From Nitrosopumilus sp. (GTDB lineage: Archaea > Thermoproteota > Nitrososphaeria > Nitrososphaerales > Nitrosopumilaceae), in NCBI GenBank assembly GCA_965206745.1, contig OZ242220.1:704001-768000 (forward strand): a stretch of 64,000 nt of DNA, read 5' to 3'. How positions within the stretch are numbered: the first letter of the stretch is position 1; every line of letters begins with the position of its first letter. Positions 1-9,733 of this stretch are shown piece by piece. The translations under genes and the position numbers were made by a program. The notes under the pieces were generated by a model. The model worked only from the letters and a program-made list of their open reading frames with translations, did not search any database and had not been told where the DNA came from.

Positions 1-150
1 CTTCCAAAGACAAACATTTCTCTGGATACTAACACAGTAAAGATATCTGCAGAGTCCCTTTCTAAAATTAAATTGGATCCTGCATTTGTTTCAAAAATGG
101 AATTGTTGGAAGAAAAAAGTTCCAAGATTCACAAAAAAAGACTTTATTGA
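1..150 (+). CDS. 3' end of an unidentified CDS entering from the left edge
   Basis: Frame 1 is open from base 1 (LPKTNISLD...KIHKKRLY) to TGA at 148-150, convergent on rps27ae. Confidence 0.5.
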   Translation, partial: LPKTNISLDTNTVKISAESLSKIKLDPAFVSKMELLEEKSSKIHKKRLY

Positions 151-199
151 ATATTTTAAATCAGAACACTGGTGATAATTGATTTTAAAATAATTCTTT

Positions 200-385
200 T
201 TATTGTTTGAATTCTGTCAAACCACATTTACCACATGTGTTTCTATCTTTATGTTGAGCCATGAAAGTTCCTTTCCCACATCTAGAGCAAACTTTTCTTA
301 CTCTTGACGTTTTATCCCCTTCAATTTTGTAATAAGATGCAATATTGGGACTCGATCCTTTATTGCCTTTCTGTTCTACGGGCAT
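200..385 (-). CDS. rps27ae: 30S ribosomal protein S27ae
   Basis: YYKIEG...CSRCGKGTFMAQHKDRNTCGKCG zinc ribbon; directly downstream of S24e. Confidence 0.95.
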   Translation of the reverse strand: MPVEQKGNKGSSPNIASYYKIEGDKTSRVRKVCSRCGKGTFMAQHKDRNTCGKCGLTEFKQ

Positions 386-870
386 TATTCAGATTTCTCC
401 TCTGCTTTAGCTGATGCTTCCTTTGTTTCAGCCTTCTCTGCTTTAGCTGGTGTTTCCTCTGCTTTAGCTGATGCTTCCTTTGTTTCAGCCTTCTCTGCTT
501 TAGCTGGTGTTTCCTCTGCTTTTACTTCAGCTGATGCTTCCTTTGTTTCAGCTTCTTTTGCTGCTGCGTCAGCCTCTGCAATTTTTGCCTTGGTTTTTTC
601 CAACCTTGCAAATATTGTTGGGTTGATATGTTTTTTAGCCAATACTTCATCATCATAAACATAGAATGTTCCTGTTATGAGAGACTTGCCAACTTGAGTT
701 CTCAGTCTCATTGGGATTACTACTTTGCCATCAAGTTTGAATTCTTTTGTAATCATGTCCGTGGCCTCCAGACTCTTGAGTTTACCTGCCAATCCTGCAA
801 AGTTACAAGTTAGTTCCCTTCTGGACAGAAAGACATTGTTGACATCTGTAATTGTCTCAATTATGGACAT
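385..870 (-). CDS. rps24e: 30S ribosomal protein S24e with Ala/Glu/Lys-rich C-terminal extension
   Basis: N-terminal NVFLSRRELTC...G.FYVYD S24e pattern; canonical rps24e-rps27ae order. Confidence 0.85.
   Translation of the reverse strand: MSIIETITDVNNVFLSRRELTCNFAGLAGKLKSLEATDMITKEFKLDGKVVIPMRLRTQVGKSLITGTFYVYDDEVLAKKHINPTIFARLEKTKAKIAEADAAAKEAETKEASAEVKAEETPAKAEKAETKEASAKAEETPAKAEKAETKEASAKAEEKSE
398..551. repeat. 57-bp coding tandem repeat (2 exact copies plus a partial third) in the rps24e tail
   Basis: tcctctgctttagctgatgcttcctttgtttcagccttctctgctttagctggtgtt at 398 and 455, partial at 512; encodes AKAEETPAKAEKAETKEAS. Confidence 0.9.
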
Positions 871-1180
871 GTATCGAAAATCTCTGGATATTTTATATAA
901 ATCAATGACTTTTGGTGTGTTTTAAGCAGGAATGATGGATATCATAGGAATGAGTTCTGTAACCTGGAAAATGTAGTTTAGTACCTGTAATTATGAAAAA
1001 TTAAGCCAAACACAAAAACATCAAATCCTGCATTCTGTAAACACTGCTGAATCCGATAATATCTGCCAATCTTCACCATCAATGCATGTGAGTTTTTTAC
1101 GCCTGAAAAAATCTGGCATTCATACAAATCTTGATTGGAATTACACAAGAAATTTAAGAAATTCCCTCAAGAACTATCTC

Positions 1181-1741
1181 ATGGAGCGTTATCTGTTACA
1201 TTTTAAAAATGAGAAATATCTGCCTCAGAATTGCAGAGAACTAGCACGCAGAGCTAGGGATCTTGCCTCTGAGATGAACGTCTCAGTCAGACTTGCTAGA
1301 GTTGCCAGTAAATTTATTGAATTTGATGTAGCTGCAGAAAAAATTGACTTGGATCCGCTTGTAGAAAGGCTGTCTTCCATCGGGGAAATTGACAACGTAA
1401 GGCATGTTGTTGAGGAGCATCTTGATAAAGAGAGAGGTGTAAAGGACGGAATTTTTTATTTCAACAATGAACGGTTCTGGGAGTGTCATGAGGCATTTGA
1501 AGGTGTCTGGAATCAGTGCTATGGGCGAGAAAAGGAACTTGTTCAGGGCATCATTCTAGTGGCAGTTGCATTTGCCCATCAGCAAGAAAATGAAGAAAGT
1601 ATTGGCATTGGGATGTTGGGCAGAGCCTTGGAGAAATTAGGTGCCTCGCCATCTATGTACTATTCAATAGACGTTGAGAAGATCAGGCAAAATTCAGTTC
1701 AAATGCAACACGCAAAAAAGCTAGCTAGATTTGAGATTTAA
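1181..1741 (+). CDS. DUF309 domain protein
   Basis: FNNERFWECHEAFEGVW...LVQGIILVAVAFAH motif; start moved to ATG 1181. Confidence 0.8.
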   Translation: MERYLLHFKNEKYLPQNCRELARRARDLASEMNVSVRLARVASKFIEFDVAAEKIDLDPLVERLSSIGEIDNVRHVVEEHLDKERGVKDGIFYFNNERFWECHEAFEGVWNQCYGREKELVQGIILVAVAFAHQQENEESIGIGMLGRALEKLGASPSMYYSIDVEKIRQNSVQMQHAKKLARFEI

Positions 1742-3008
1742 TCAACTCAAGGGATTTTTCAATGACTTCTGCACCTTGGAGTAGTCCTATGCTTCCTCTC
1801 TTTGCCTGCGCTTCAGTCATTCTAGTCGTTCCATCATTTTTGATAAAATTCCCCGACACCAGAACAGGGACAGGATCATCGCTATGGCCTTTGTTGATGC
1901 ATGGGGTCGAGTGGTCTGCTGAAATTATTATTGCAACCTTGCTTGAATCTATGTTCTCAACTAGAGTTTTGAAGAATCTCTGATCAATCTCTTCGATGTT
2001 CTTCATCTTGCCAATTGCATCCCCGTCATGACCAAATTCGTCTGGTCCCTTGAGGTGAACATAAATTGAATTTTGAGTCTCCATCGCTTTTGCAGCAACT
2101 CTTGCCTTTTCCTCATAGTCTGTCAATCCACCGGCTTCAAACGCTTTCATCATTAGGACTTTTGAAATTCCAAGTTCCACTGGCATGTCCACTATGCATG
2201 AAAAATTCATGCCGTATTTTTCATTAATTGGTATCACATCTGGATATTTGTTACCTGCGTCTCTGAGCAAAATACAACTTAGTTGTTTTTTATCCTCTTC
2301 CTGCCTTTTTTTGTTTATCTGGCTGTCCTTCATTATGTTGATTGATTTTTCTGAAAATTCATTTACTATATTTGCAGTAAACCTCGAGTCTTCGGTGTCT
2401 TCTAATGGCAAACATTTCTCAATTTTTAGAAAATCCCCAACAGCTTTTGCAACTCCCATGCCTCCGATGTTGGTGTATGCTGGGTCGGTATTTGTAATTC
2501 TTGATGATAGCTTTTGAGATTCCTTTCTAATCCTTACTGTCACTCTGTGACCTATTGTCGGTGCCACCACTACTGAAATATCTGGAGATGATAGTTTTAT
2601 CTTCTCTTCGATCTCCTTTGCCATTCCATCTGCATCTTCTTTTTTAATGTGCCTTCCAGCCCTCCTGTCTGTGATGACTTCATGATCCAATGTGGAATAG
2701 TTTCCTCTAAGTGCCAAATCTCCATCTCTAAAGTCGATGCCGATTCCTATGGCCTCAATCACGCCACGACCTGCATAATCTGCATGCCTGAATTTGTATC
2801 CTAGCATATTGAAAACTGCAATGTCTGATTCTGGGGCAATTCCTTTTCCAACTGATATCACTTCCCCAATTGTACCATTGCTGGCAATTTTATCAAGCGT
2901 TGGCGTATTTGCCGCCTCTAGCGGTGTCTTTCCGCCTAAATCTGGATGTGGGAGATCCCCAACTCCGTCTAAAAGGACATAGATCATATGAATATCCGAA
3001 TTATCCAA
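1725..3008 (-). CDS. apgM: Cofactor-independent phosphoglycerate mutase (archaeal type)
   Basis: LLDGVGD, TPLEAANTP, PESD, KGPDEFGHDG, SADHSTP alkaline-phosphatase-superfamily motifs. Confidence 0.9.
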   Translation of the reverse strand: MDNSDIHMIYVLLDGVGDLPHPDLGGKTPLEAANTPTLDKIASNGTIGEVISVGKGIAPESDIAVFNMLGYKFRHADYAGRGVIEAIGIGIDFRDGDLALRGNYSTLDHEVITDRRAGRHIKKEDADGMAKEIEEKIKLSSPDISVVVAPTIGHRVTVRIRKESQKLSSRITNTDPAYTNIGGMGVAKAVGDFLKIEKCLPLEDTEDSRFTANIVNEFSEKSINIMKDSQINKKRQEEDKKQLSCILLRDAGNKYPDVIPINEKYGMNFSCIVDMPVELGISKVLMMKAFEAGGLTDYEEKARVAAKAMETQNSIYVHLKGPDEFGHDGDAIGKMKNIEEIDQRFFKTLVENIDSSKVAIIISADHSTPCINKGHSDDPVPVLVSGNFIKNDGTTRMTEAQAKRGSIGLLQGAEVIEKSLELIKSQI

Positions 3009-3240
3009 AATATTTCCTGTTTATTCAAACTCTAGTGCTCTGTTTTAAGTCTTGCAACAAAATGCGCGATCAAAATAAAATACCTGCTCCCCATTTTTTA
3101 TCCGTCTCTTACCCCAATTCTTTTTGATTCAAACAGGATTTGTTTATTTTGTCAAAATTTGACTGGAATATTATTTTGTAGGTTGGCTCATATGGATCTT
3201 AGCAAACGTTTTAACATACATTTTACTTCCACTAACCATT

Positions 3241-4257
3241 ATGGGGGACATGCGCAAAGATTATGTTTCTGAGCGTTTCATGATTGTCACAAAAAAAGAC
3301 GACAAAGTAATTGATCCTAAAAAATCCCCATTTGCGCTAGGCAACGAGGCCATGACAAATCCTTCCATTTTGTCTCTTGTGGCAAGGGATGGGATGTTGC
3401 AGCGCCTTCAAGACAATGATGATGACTATGTCCAAAATTGGGTCATACGGGTTTTTGAAAGCAAAAACCCTATCGTCTCAATTGAGACTGAAAATTCCTA
3501 CAGTGACAAGCCGTTTTACAGTGAGCCTGCGTATGGATACCATTACATTGTTGTTGCATCTCCCAACGAAAAAGACTCTTTTGCAACGATAGATACTGAT
3601 CAATGGTCAAATGTTCTAGTCGTAGTTCAGGACAGATTGCGATGGCTTTATACCCAAAAAGGAGTAACATACGTTTCAATTTATGGCGATCATGGGGATT
3701 TAGCTGGCAATTCAAACCCTCACCCGCATCTTAATCTTTTGACCTTCTCAACTATCCCCCCTGTTATTGAAAATGAGGCTGAAGCATCTCACCAAATTTT
3801 GAATGAAAAAGGTGTTTGTCCAATGTGCCAGACTGTAAATGAAGAGATTGGCGGTCCCAGACAGATTCTTCAGACTGACGGATTCATTGCATTTTGTCCT
3901 TGGTCTCCTTCGTATCCATACGAATTCTGGATATCTCCAAAAAAACACACTACTAGTTTTTCAAAAATCACTCAAAAAGAAATTAATGACCTGTCATTAA
4001 TTCTAAGGGCGACACTTGGTGGATTGTCAAAAACTGTAAAGAATGTCTCATACAATCTCGTCTTTCATCTTTCTCCAGAAAAGAAAAACAGTAGGCAGAT
4101 TCATTGGCACATCGAAGTCTATCCTATCACGAAATCTTGGTCTGGCCTAGAGCGTGGATATGGAATCTTCTTAAATGACATATCTCCTGAACAGGCCGCA
4201 GAGAAACTTGGGACATCTAGCAGGAAAGAACTGGCTAACTTGGTTGGTATTGAATAG
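3241..4257 (+). CDS. galT: Galactose-1-phosphate uridylyltransferase-like (GalT/HIT) protein
   Basis: HPH motif (NPHPHL), CPMC, PYEFWISPKKH, HWHIEVYP...GLERGYG. Confidence 0.8.
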   Translation: MGDMRKDYVSERFMIVTKKDDKVIDPKKSPFALGNEAMTNPSILSLVARDGMLQRLQDNDDDYVQNWVIRVFESKNPIVSIETENSYSDKPFYSEPAYGYHYIVVASPNEKDSFATIDTDQWSNVLVVVQDRLRWLYTQKGVTYVSIYGDHGDLAGNSNPHPHLNLLTFSTIPPVIENEAEASHQILNEKGVCPMCQTVNEEIGGPRQILQTDGFIAFCPWSPSYPYEFWISPKKHTTSFSKITQKEINDLSLILRATLGGLSKTVKNVSYNLVFHLSPEKKNSRQIHWHIEVYPITKSWSGLERGYGIFLNDISPEQAAEKLGTSSRKELANLVGIE

Positions 4258-4273
4258 TTTTTTTAGGTACGGC

Positions 4274-4321
4274 CTGCTTGTCAGTTGCCTGCAGACAAAT
4301 TCTATTGACAACTGACAGCAG
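4274..4321. other. Intergenic hairpin (about 13-bp stem)
   Basis: CTGC-t-TGTCAGTTG (4274-4287) pairs with CAACTGACA-GCAG (4309-4321). Confidence 0.5.
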
Positions 4322-4377
4322 ATAAAATAGAACCGTTTTCTGAATGGTTTATTTATCAACCAAAATCTGATAGAATT

Positions 4378-4818
4378 ATGGCGATAGAAAAATGGCTTGC
4401 AGTAACCAGTCTTGGGTTGTTTGCAATGTTTGCTGGTGAGATGATCTCCATTTATAATTTCATGACAGATGTCCCAGAACCAATAAAATTTTCAATAATC
4501 TTTGATGCCGATCCAAAAATATTCCAATTCATTTCTATTGGCGTTGCACCTGCCACCATCCTGGCTGCCGTTCCTTTCATTATGACTAGGAATTACGGCT
4601 CGAAACCCGTAGGCAGGCTGATAGCTGCAGGTGGCGTAGTTATGCTGTTGGGGATGTTTGTATCTTATTCTCTGATTGATAAAATCGACGATGTCTATAT
4701 CACCGATGTCGTAAAATATGTGCCTCTGCTGTTTATGGTTTTATCTGTTCCTGTAATTGCCGTTGGTCTTTATCTGACAAAAGAAAAAAAGAGACGCCCA
4801 AAAAAAGAATTCTTCTAG
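4378..4818 (+). CDS. Hypothetical membrane protein (about 4 TM)
   Basis: Four hydrophobic segments and a basic C-terminus. Confidence 0.75.
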   Translation: MAIEKWLAVTSLGLFAMFAGEMISIYNFMTDVPEPIKFSIIFDADPKIFQFISIGVAPATILAAVPFIMTRNYGSKPVGRLIAAGGVVMLLGMFVSYSLIDKIDDVYITDVVKYVPLLFMVLSVPVIAVGLYLTKEKKRRPKKEFF

Positions 4819-5252
4819 ATGTTGTCCAATCTTAACTCATTGCCTACTTGCCTGAAACCCAGTTTTTCGTAAAATGGTTTAACATCATCCGTACAATCTA
4901 GGATTGTTTTGTAGCAGCCACGATTCTTTGCAATTTCAATAAGATAATTCATTACCTTCTTGCCTACCTTTTGTCCTTGAAATTCTTTGTCTGTCACGAC
5001 ATCCTCAATATGGCCTACTAGGCCTCCGTCATGAATGAATTTTGGTTCTATGAGGAGCGTTGCAGACCCGACAATCCTTCCGCCTATCTCTGCAATCGCT
5101 ATGATGTGATCCGGATTGGCATTAATTTTTTCAAACGTCTCCTTTGCTTTTGATCTTCTGATGCCGCTTGCATGCCTTAGTGAATCAAGTGATTCTAGAA
5201 ATCCATTCCAGAGATCTTCCTCTTTTAGTTCCCTAATTGTTGGCTCATTCAT
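4815..5252 (-). CDS. GNAT acetyltransferase, glucosamine-6-phosphate N-acetyltransferase-like
   Basis: LLIEPKFIH..GHIEDVV..FQGQKVG..GCYKTILDC..FYEKLGF. Confidence 0.85.
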   Translation of the reverse strand: MNEPTIRELKEEDLWNGFLESLDSLRHASGIRRSKAKETFEKINANPDHIIAIAEIGGRIVGSATLLIEPKFIHDGGLVGHIEDVVTDKEFQGQKVGKKVMNYLIEIAKNRGCYKTILDCTDDVKPFYEKLGFRQVGNELRLDNI

Positions 5253-5962
5253 CCCTGTTGCCGACTCTTTTTTGTTTTTTGGATGTGTTCTTGGTGTGCC
5301 TTTTCGTATGATGCCTTGTTGCCGATATCTGTAAATCCTTTTTTTGTAATGAAACTGTTGACTAATTTCTTGCTTGTCATGGCCTTTTTGATCACATCGT
5401 CCATCCCATACGGTTTATTCTTTGGAATTAGATTAAACACCTTTGGTTCCATTACGTAGCAACCCATGTTTACATTTACCTTTATCTCTGGTTTTTCATT
5501 CCAGCTCTGCACTTTGTCTGTTTTTGAGGTCTTGATTATCCCATAGGGCAGATTGATTTTGTATTCATCTAGACCCATGGTGAGAAATGCCTTTTTTGCC
5601 TTGTGCTGTTTTATCATATTTCTAAGGCTAAAATCAAATATCGAATCCCCATACATGCAAACAAAAGTATCGTCAATGAACTCTTCTGCAGTCTTTAGTT
5701 GACCTGCTGTTGCTAGTGGTTTGTCTGAAATTGCATATTCTATGTTCACTCCAAATCTCTTTCCATCCTCAAAATAGTCTTCAATTGTTCCTCGAAGATG
5801 ACTTGTGCACAAAACAACTGATCTTATTCCGTTTCTTTTATTCCAATCCACAAGATGCTCCAAGATCGGCTTGTTGCCTAGTGGCAGCATGGGCTTTGGA
5901 GTCTTCTCTGTCAATGGAAGTAGTCTGGTACCTAGTCCTCCTGCTAAAATTACTGCCTTCAC
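5249..5962 (-). CDS. Sugar-phosphate nucleotidyltransferase
   Basis: MKAVILAGGLGTRLLPLT..PKPMLP signature. Confidence 0.9.
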   Translation of the reverse strand: MKAVILAGGLGTRLLPLTEKTPKPMLPLGNKPILEHLVDWNKRNGIRSVVLCTSHLRGTIEDYFEDGKRFGVNIEYAISDKPLATAGQLKTAEEFIDDTFVCMYGDSIFDFSLRNMIKQHKAKKAFLTMGLDEYKINLPYGIIKTSKTDKVQSWNEKPEIKVNVNMGCYVMEPKVFNLIPKNKPYGMDDVIKKAMTSKKLVNSFITKKGFTDIGNKASYEKAHQEHIQKTKKSRQQG

Positions 5963-6017
5963 AAATGCTATTTGAGATATGAGTATTTATGTTCAAGGAT
6001 GATTTACGGCTGGAATT

Positions 6018-7319
6018 TTACCCTGCAATTTTTGATAATTTTTTTAAAATACTTTTTGGTGTCTCTCCAAAAATTATTATCATGGGCTCTTTTCCAAAAT
6101 CGCCCTTGTGGAAAATTATCTCTGGCGGTGACCTTGAATTTTTGATTGCACTTTTAATTCCCCACCCCACTGATGATCCTTTGTTTTTAACATGATTTGG
6201 TTCCTGAATTCTGTCGTAACTTGATGTTGAAAACTTTGACTTTTTAATTTTAGATATCATCGAGTCTTCATATTTTAAATTTATTGCAGAACAAATCTCT
6301 GGGAACTTTTCATTCACTGCCAGCAGTGCCGTGGCAACATGTTTTGATCCCCCGTACGTTAGATTGCCTGCAACTATGACTTCTTTGCCTGCCTTGACAA
6401 TTCTTCCTGAGAGCCCTAGGACATCTTTTGTAGATTTGGGCTTCTGTTTAGAGTACACAAAATTTGTTTGACACTCAGGAATGTTTCTGTATATGTTTTT
6501 GATTCTTACAAATTCATTAATTGACTGCGACAGCTCCGAGTTTATCTGGTCCTTGTTCTCAATGCCTGTTATCCTGATTCCTTTTCCCACTTTTTTCGCA
6601 CTTTTGATTGAATTGTAGGCAAATTCCTTTGCAAATTTTACAGATTCCCTGATTGTTTTCTTGCTTGAAATTGCAAATATCATTGCCGCCGAATAGTTGC
6701 ACCCGCTTCCATGGTTTGTACTATTTAGCCTGTCTCCTGATATTGTGTATTTTCTATTTTCTTCCAGAACAAAGTCTGTCATCCTGTTGTTTCTTCCCTC
6801 AATTCCTGTAATCACCACGTTTCTTGCCCCCATCCTTTGGATCTTTTTTGCAATCTCCTCCACCGTGTTTCTTGAACCTATCTTTGATTTTGATAATATC
6901 TCTGCCTCGAATTTGTTTGGCGTGATAACTGTTGCAAGTGGAACTATGTATTTCTGAAAGTCTTTAACTGCCTTGCCCTCCATCAGTGCCCCGCCTGTCG
7001 TTGATTTGATAACTGGATCCACGACGATTGGAATCTTTATTTTTTTCAATTGCCTATGCAGCGTTTTAATTATTTCAGAGTTAAACACCATCCCAATTTT
7101 TATGCCATCAATTTTGAAATCAGCCAGCACTGATTCAATTTGATTTTTCAACATTCTTTCTGATACTGGCTCGACCATTCCAAAGCTTGAGGTGTTTTGA
7201 CCTGTAATTGCGGTGATCACTGTTAATCCATATGCCCCAAATTCTGAAAATGATTTTATGTCGCTTTGAATTCCAGCACCTGATGATGGATCAGATCCTC
7301 CGATAGAAAGCAGATTCAT
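6018..7319 (-). CDS. thiDN: Bifunctional HMP/HMP-P kinase - thiamine-phosphate synthase (ThiD-ThiN fusion)
   Basis: GGSDPSSGAGIQSD, VVDPV, TPNKFEA, HGSGC; C-terminal IPECQTN..GRIV..GGSKHVA..GDFGKEP ThiN domain. Confidence 0.92.
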   Translation of the reverse strand: MNLLSIGGSDPSSGAGIQSDIKSFSEFGAYGLTVITAITGQNTSSFGMVEPVSERMLKNQIESVLADFKIDGIKIGMVFNSEIIKTLHRQLKKIKIPIVVDPVIKSTTGGALMEGKAVKDFQKYIVPLATVITPNKFEAEILSKSKIGSRNTVEEIAKKIQRMGARNVVITGIEGRNNRMTDFVLEENRKYTISGDRLNSTNHGSGCNYSAAMIFAISSKKTIRESVKFAKEFAYNSIKSAKKVGKGIRITGIENKDQINSELSQSINEFVRIKNIYRNIPECQTNFVYSKQKPKSTKDVLGLSGRIVKAGKEVIVAGNLTYGGSKHVATALLAVNEKFPEICSAINLKYEDSMISKIKKSKFSTSSYDRIQEPNHVKNKGSSVGWGIKSAIKNSRSPPEIIFHKGDFGKEPMIIIFGETPKSILKKLSKIAG

Positions 7320-7415
7320 TGGATCTTCTTATTTTAAAGCACTAATTTGTATTTTCATTCTGTGTGGGCCGTGTTGCAATATCTATTTTATACTTGAATA
7401 CCTGTCTTTTCTTTG

Positions 7416-7607
7416 ATGGCAAAAATTCCCATGGCCGATGACACCACTCCGGATCCGTTACAATGTACAACCTGTTTGTTACCCATGCAATACCAGACAA
7501 TCAAGAATGACAAGTTTCTCTGGCAATGCTTCAAATGTGGCAAGCAGTACCTTGTTTCAAAAAACACCGATGATGCCATGGAGGAGAGTTGGAGTCCTCC
7601 AAGATAA
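7416..7607 (+). CDS. Small zinc-ribbon protein
   Basis: CTTC...WQCFKCG; TATA-like TTTTATA about 25 nt upstream. Confidence 0.6.
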   Translation: MAKIPMADDTTPDPLQCTTCLLPMQYQTIKNDKFLWQCFKCGKQYLVSKNTDDAMEESWSPPR

Positions 7608-7782
7608 CACGTCTACCTGAATCATCTCTTGCAAAATATGAAACTCTGAGATCACATATCTCTGGTTTATGCTGAAACTGAATTATCGCAACGTCTCTGT
7701 GAAATAAAACAATGCTGCAAATAATCCTGTCCTGAGTGTATTATGGCATATTTTGACTAGTCCCTAAGATTAATCTGAATCC

Positions 7783-7881
7783 CTATGATGAGGTTTGGGT
7801 GACGCAATCAAAAGAACAAAACTCATCTTTCATACTGTAAAATTCCCTGCCACAATGTCTACATTCTCTAATTGATCTCAT
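7783..7881 (-). CDS. 32-aa FCS/TRASH-like zinc-finger microprotein (not in ORF track)
   Basis: MRSIRECRHCGREFYSMKDEFCSFDCVTQTSS; CxxC...FCSxxC; TTTTATG about 30 nt upstream on the minus strand. Confidence 0.6.
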   Translation of the reverse strand: MRSIRECRHCGREFYSMKDEFCSFDCVTQTSS

Positions 7882-8012
7882 GTCATCTATAGGGCTGTTA
7901 TCACATAAAAGCCCGATCCTGTTTTCTTAATATACGTAAAATCTTTTCTTGCGATCAGAACTTTTTATGATTCTCACGACTGTTTAAATCAGGCAAGAAC
8001 ATAGATTACGTT

Positions 8013-9341
8013 ATGGCAACCCAGATGACTTCTGCTCGACGTGGTGTAGCTACTGACGAAATGAAACAAGTGGCAAAAGACGAGGATGTCTCACTTGATT
8101 GGCTGATTCCCAAGATTGCAAAGGGATCTATAATCATACCTAGCAACAATGTCAGACCTCAAAAAATTCACAATGTGGGGATTGGCAAAGGTCTGAAAAC
8201 TAAGGTAAATGTTAACATCGGAACCTCCACATTAAATGTAAACATCGAGGATGAGGTTCAAAAAGCTAAAGTTGCAATAAAATACCATGCAGACACCATC
8301 ATGGATCTTAGCGATGGCGGAGACGTTAAAGAAATACGTCGCACACTGTTAGATGCTGCACCTATCACTTTTGGGACTGTTCCAATTTATGAAGCTTACA
8401 ACTATGGCGTCGAGGTTCACAAAAACCCTTTGAATCTGACTGAGGATGATTATCTTAACGCCTTTGAAAACAACGCAAAAGATGGCGTAGATTACACGAC
8501 AATTCATTGCGGTATTACAAAAGATATTGCAAAGAGGATTCTCAAAGTGCAAAGATACGGAGGCGTCGTAAGTAAGGGAGGAACAATTACTGCGGCATGG
8601 ATGTTAAAGCATGACAAAGAGAATCCATATCTGACTCATTATGATTATCTGATGGAGATTGCCAAAAAATACGATGTCACATTCAGCCTCGGGGATGCCC
8701 TAAGACCTGGCTCGATCTTGGATTCTCATGATGAGTTGCAAGTCCAAGAAATGATAAACATCTCTCAATTGACAAAACGTGCACATGAGCATGACATTCA
8801 AGTGATGGTTGAAGGCCCAGGCCATGTTCCATTAAATGAGGTTGCGGCAAATGTCAGACTGGCAAAATCCCTAATTGGCGATGTGCCATATTACGTGCTT
8901 GGTCCCCTGGTTACTGATGTTGCCTCTGGTCACGATCATATTGCTAGTGCAATTGGTGCGGCCGTCTCTGCAAGTGAGGGCGTTGATCTTTTATGTTACC
9001 TTACCCCTTCTGAACATTTGGCACTGCCAAATGCCCAAGAGGTAAAGGCCGGATTAATTGCATACAGGATTGCAGCCCATGCGGGGGATCTTGTAAAGAT
9101 TCGTGACAAAGTGATCAAATGGGATGCTGAGATGACTGAAGCCAGACGCACATTGGATTGGGAGAAACAACTTGCACTATCCATTGATCCCGAAGAGGCC
9201 GCAAAAATTCACAGTAGGACAGGACAGCACCCTGGCAACAACGTGCCTTGTACTATGTGTGGAGGTGCTTGTGTGTATATGATGCTGCCACAGCAGAAAA
9301 AATACGAGAAAGAGAATGAAAATTTACAACAGGTTGAATAA
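8013..9341 (+). CDS. thiC: Phosphomethylpyrimidine synthase
   Basis: TKVNVNIGTS, MDLS, GTVPIYE, SLGDALRPG, EGPGHVP, CTMCGGAC. Confidence 0.97.
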   Translation: MATQMTSARRGVATDEMKQVAKDEDVSLDWLIPKIAKGSIIIPSNNVRPQKIHNVGIGKGLKTKVNVNIGTSTLNVNIEDEVQKAKVAIKYHADTIMDLSDGGDVKEIRRTLLDAAPITFGTVPIYEAYNYGVEVHKNPLNLTEDDYLNAFENNAKDGVDYTTIHCGITKDIAKRILKVQRYGGVVSKGGTITAAWMLKHDKENPYLTHYDYLMEIAKKYDVTFSLGDALRPGSILDSHDELQVQEMINISQLTKRAHEHDIQVMVEGPGHVPLNEVAANVRLAKSLIGDVPYYVLGPLVTDVASGHDHIASAIGAAVSASEGVDLLCYLTPSEHLALPNAQEVKAGLIAYRIAAHAGDLVKIRDKVIKWDAEMTEARRTLDWEKQLALSIDPEEAAKIHSRTGQHPGNNVPCTMCGGACVYMMLPQQKKYEKENENLQQVE

Positions 9342-9728
9342 GACCTTCTGAAGGCTTGGCACTGTATCGTAATTCTCCAACTCTTCAATGCCCACCCATT
9401 TAAAATCCGAGTTTTCCCAATTTAGCTTGATTATGGGGTCGTTAACTTCGAACAAAAATGGAAATATCTCCCACTCGTGATTTTTGTATTGAGGCGAGTT
9501 TATCCTCATTTCGTGGCTGGATTTGATCAGTCTGATTTTATTTTCCACAATTCCAACCTCTTCGAAAATCTCGATTTTTGCTCTAGCCAGGGGTGTCTCG
9601 TCTTCTTCGATAATCCCGCTTATTCCTGCCCATAACCCCCTCATGGATTTTACCTTGTCGCTTCGCTTTAGAATCAGTAATTTACCATTATTCCTAATGA
9701 AAGATGTGACGATCTTTGTATGGCGCAT
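9324..9728 (-). CDS. NUDIX hydrolase
   Basis: WAGISGIIEEDETPLARAKIEIFEEVGI Nudix box; LNWEN. Confidence 0.85.
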   Translation of the reverse strand: MRHTKIVTSFIRNNGKLLILKRSDKVKSMRGLWAGISGIIEEDETPLARAKIEIFEEVGIVENKIRLIKSSHEMRINSPQYKNHEWEIFPFLFEVNDPIIKLNWENSDFKWVGIEELENYDTVPSLQKVLFNLL

Positions 9729-9733
9729 GTCGA

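Noticed and set aside
7608-8012. TPP riboswitch upstream of thiC or thiDN
   Set aside because: A CTGAGA is present, but the other conserved TPP elements and stems were not found on either strand; part of the spacer is explained by a small ORF.
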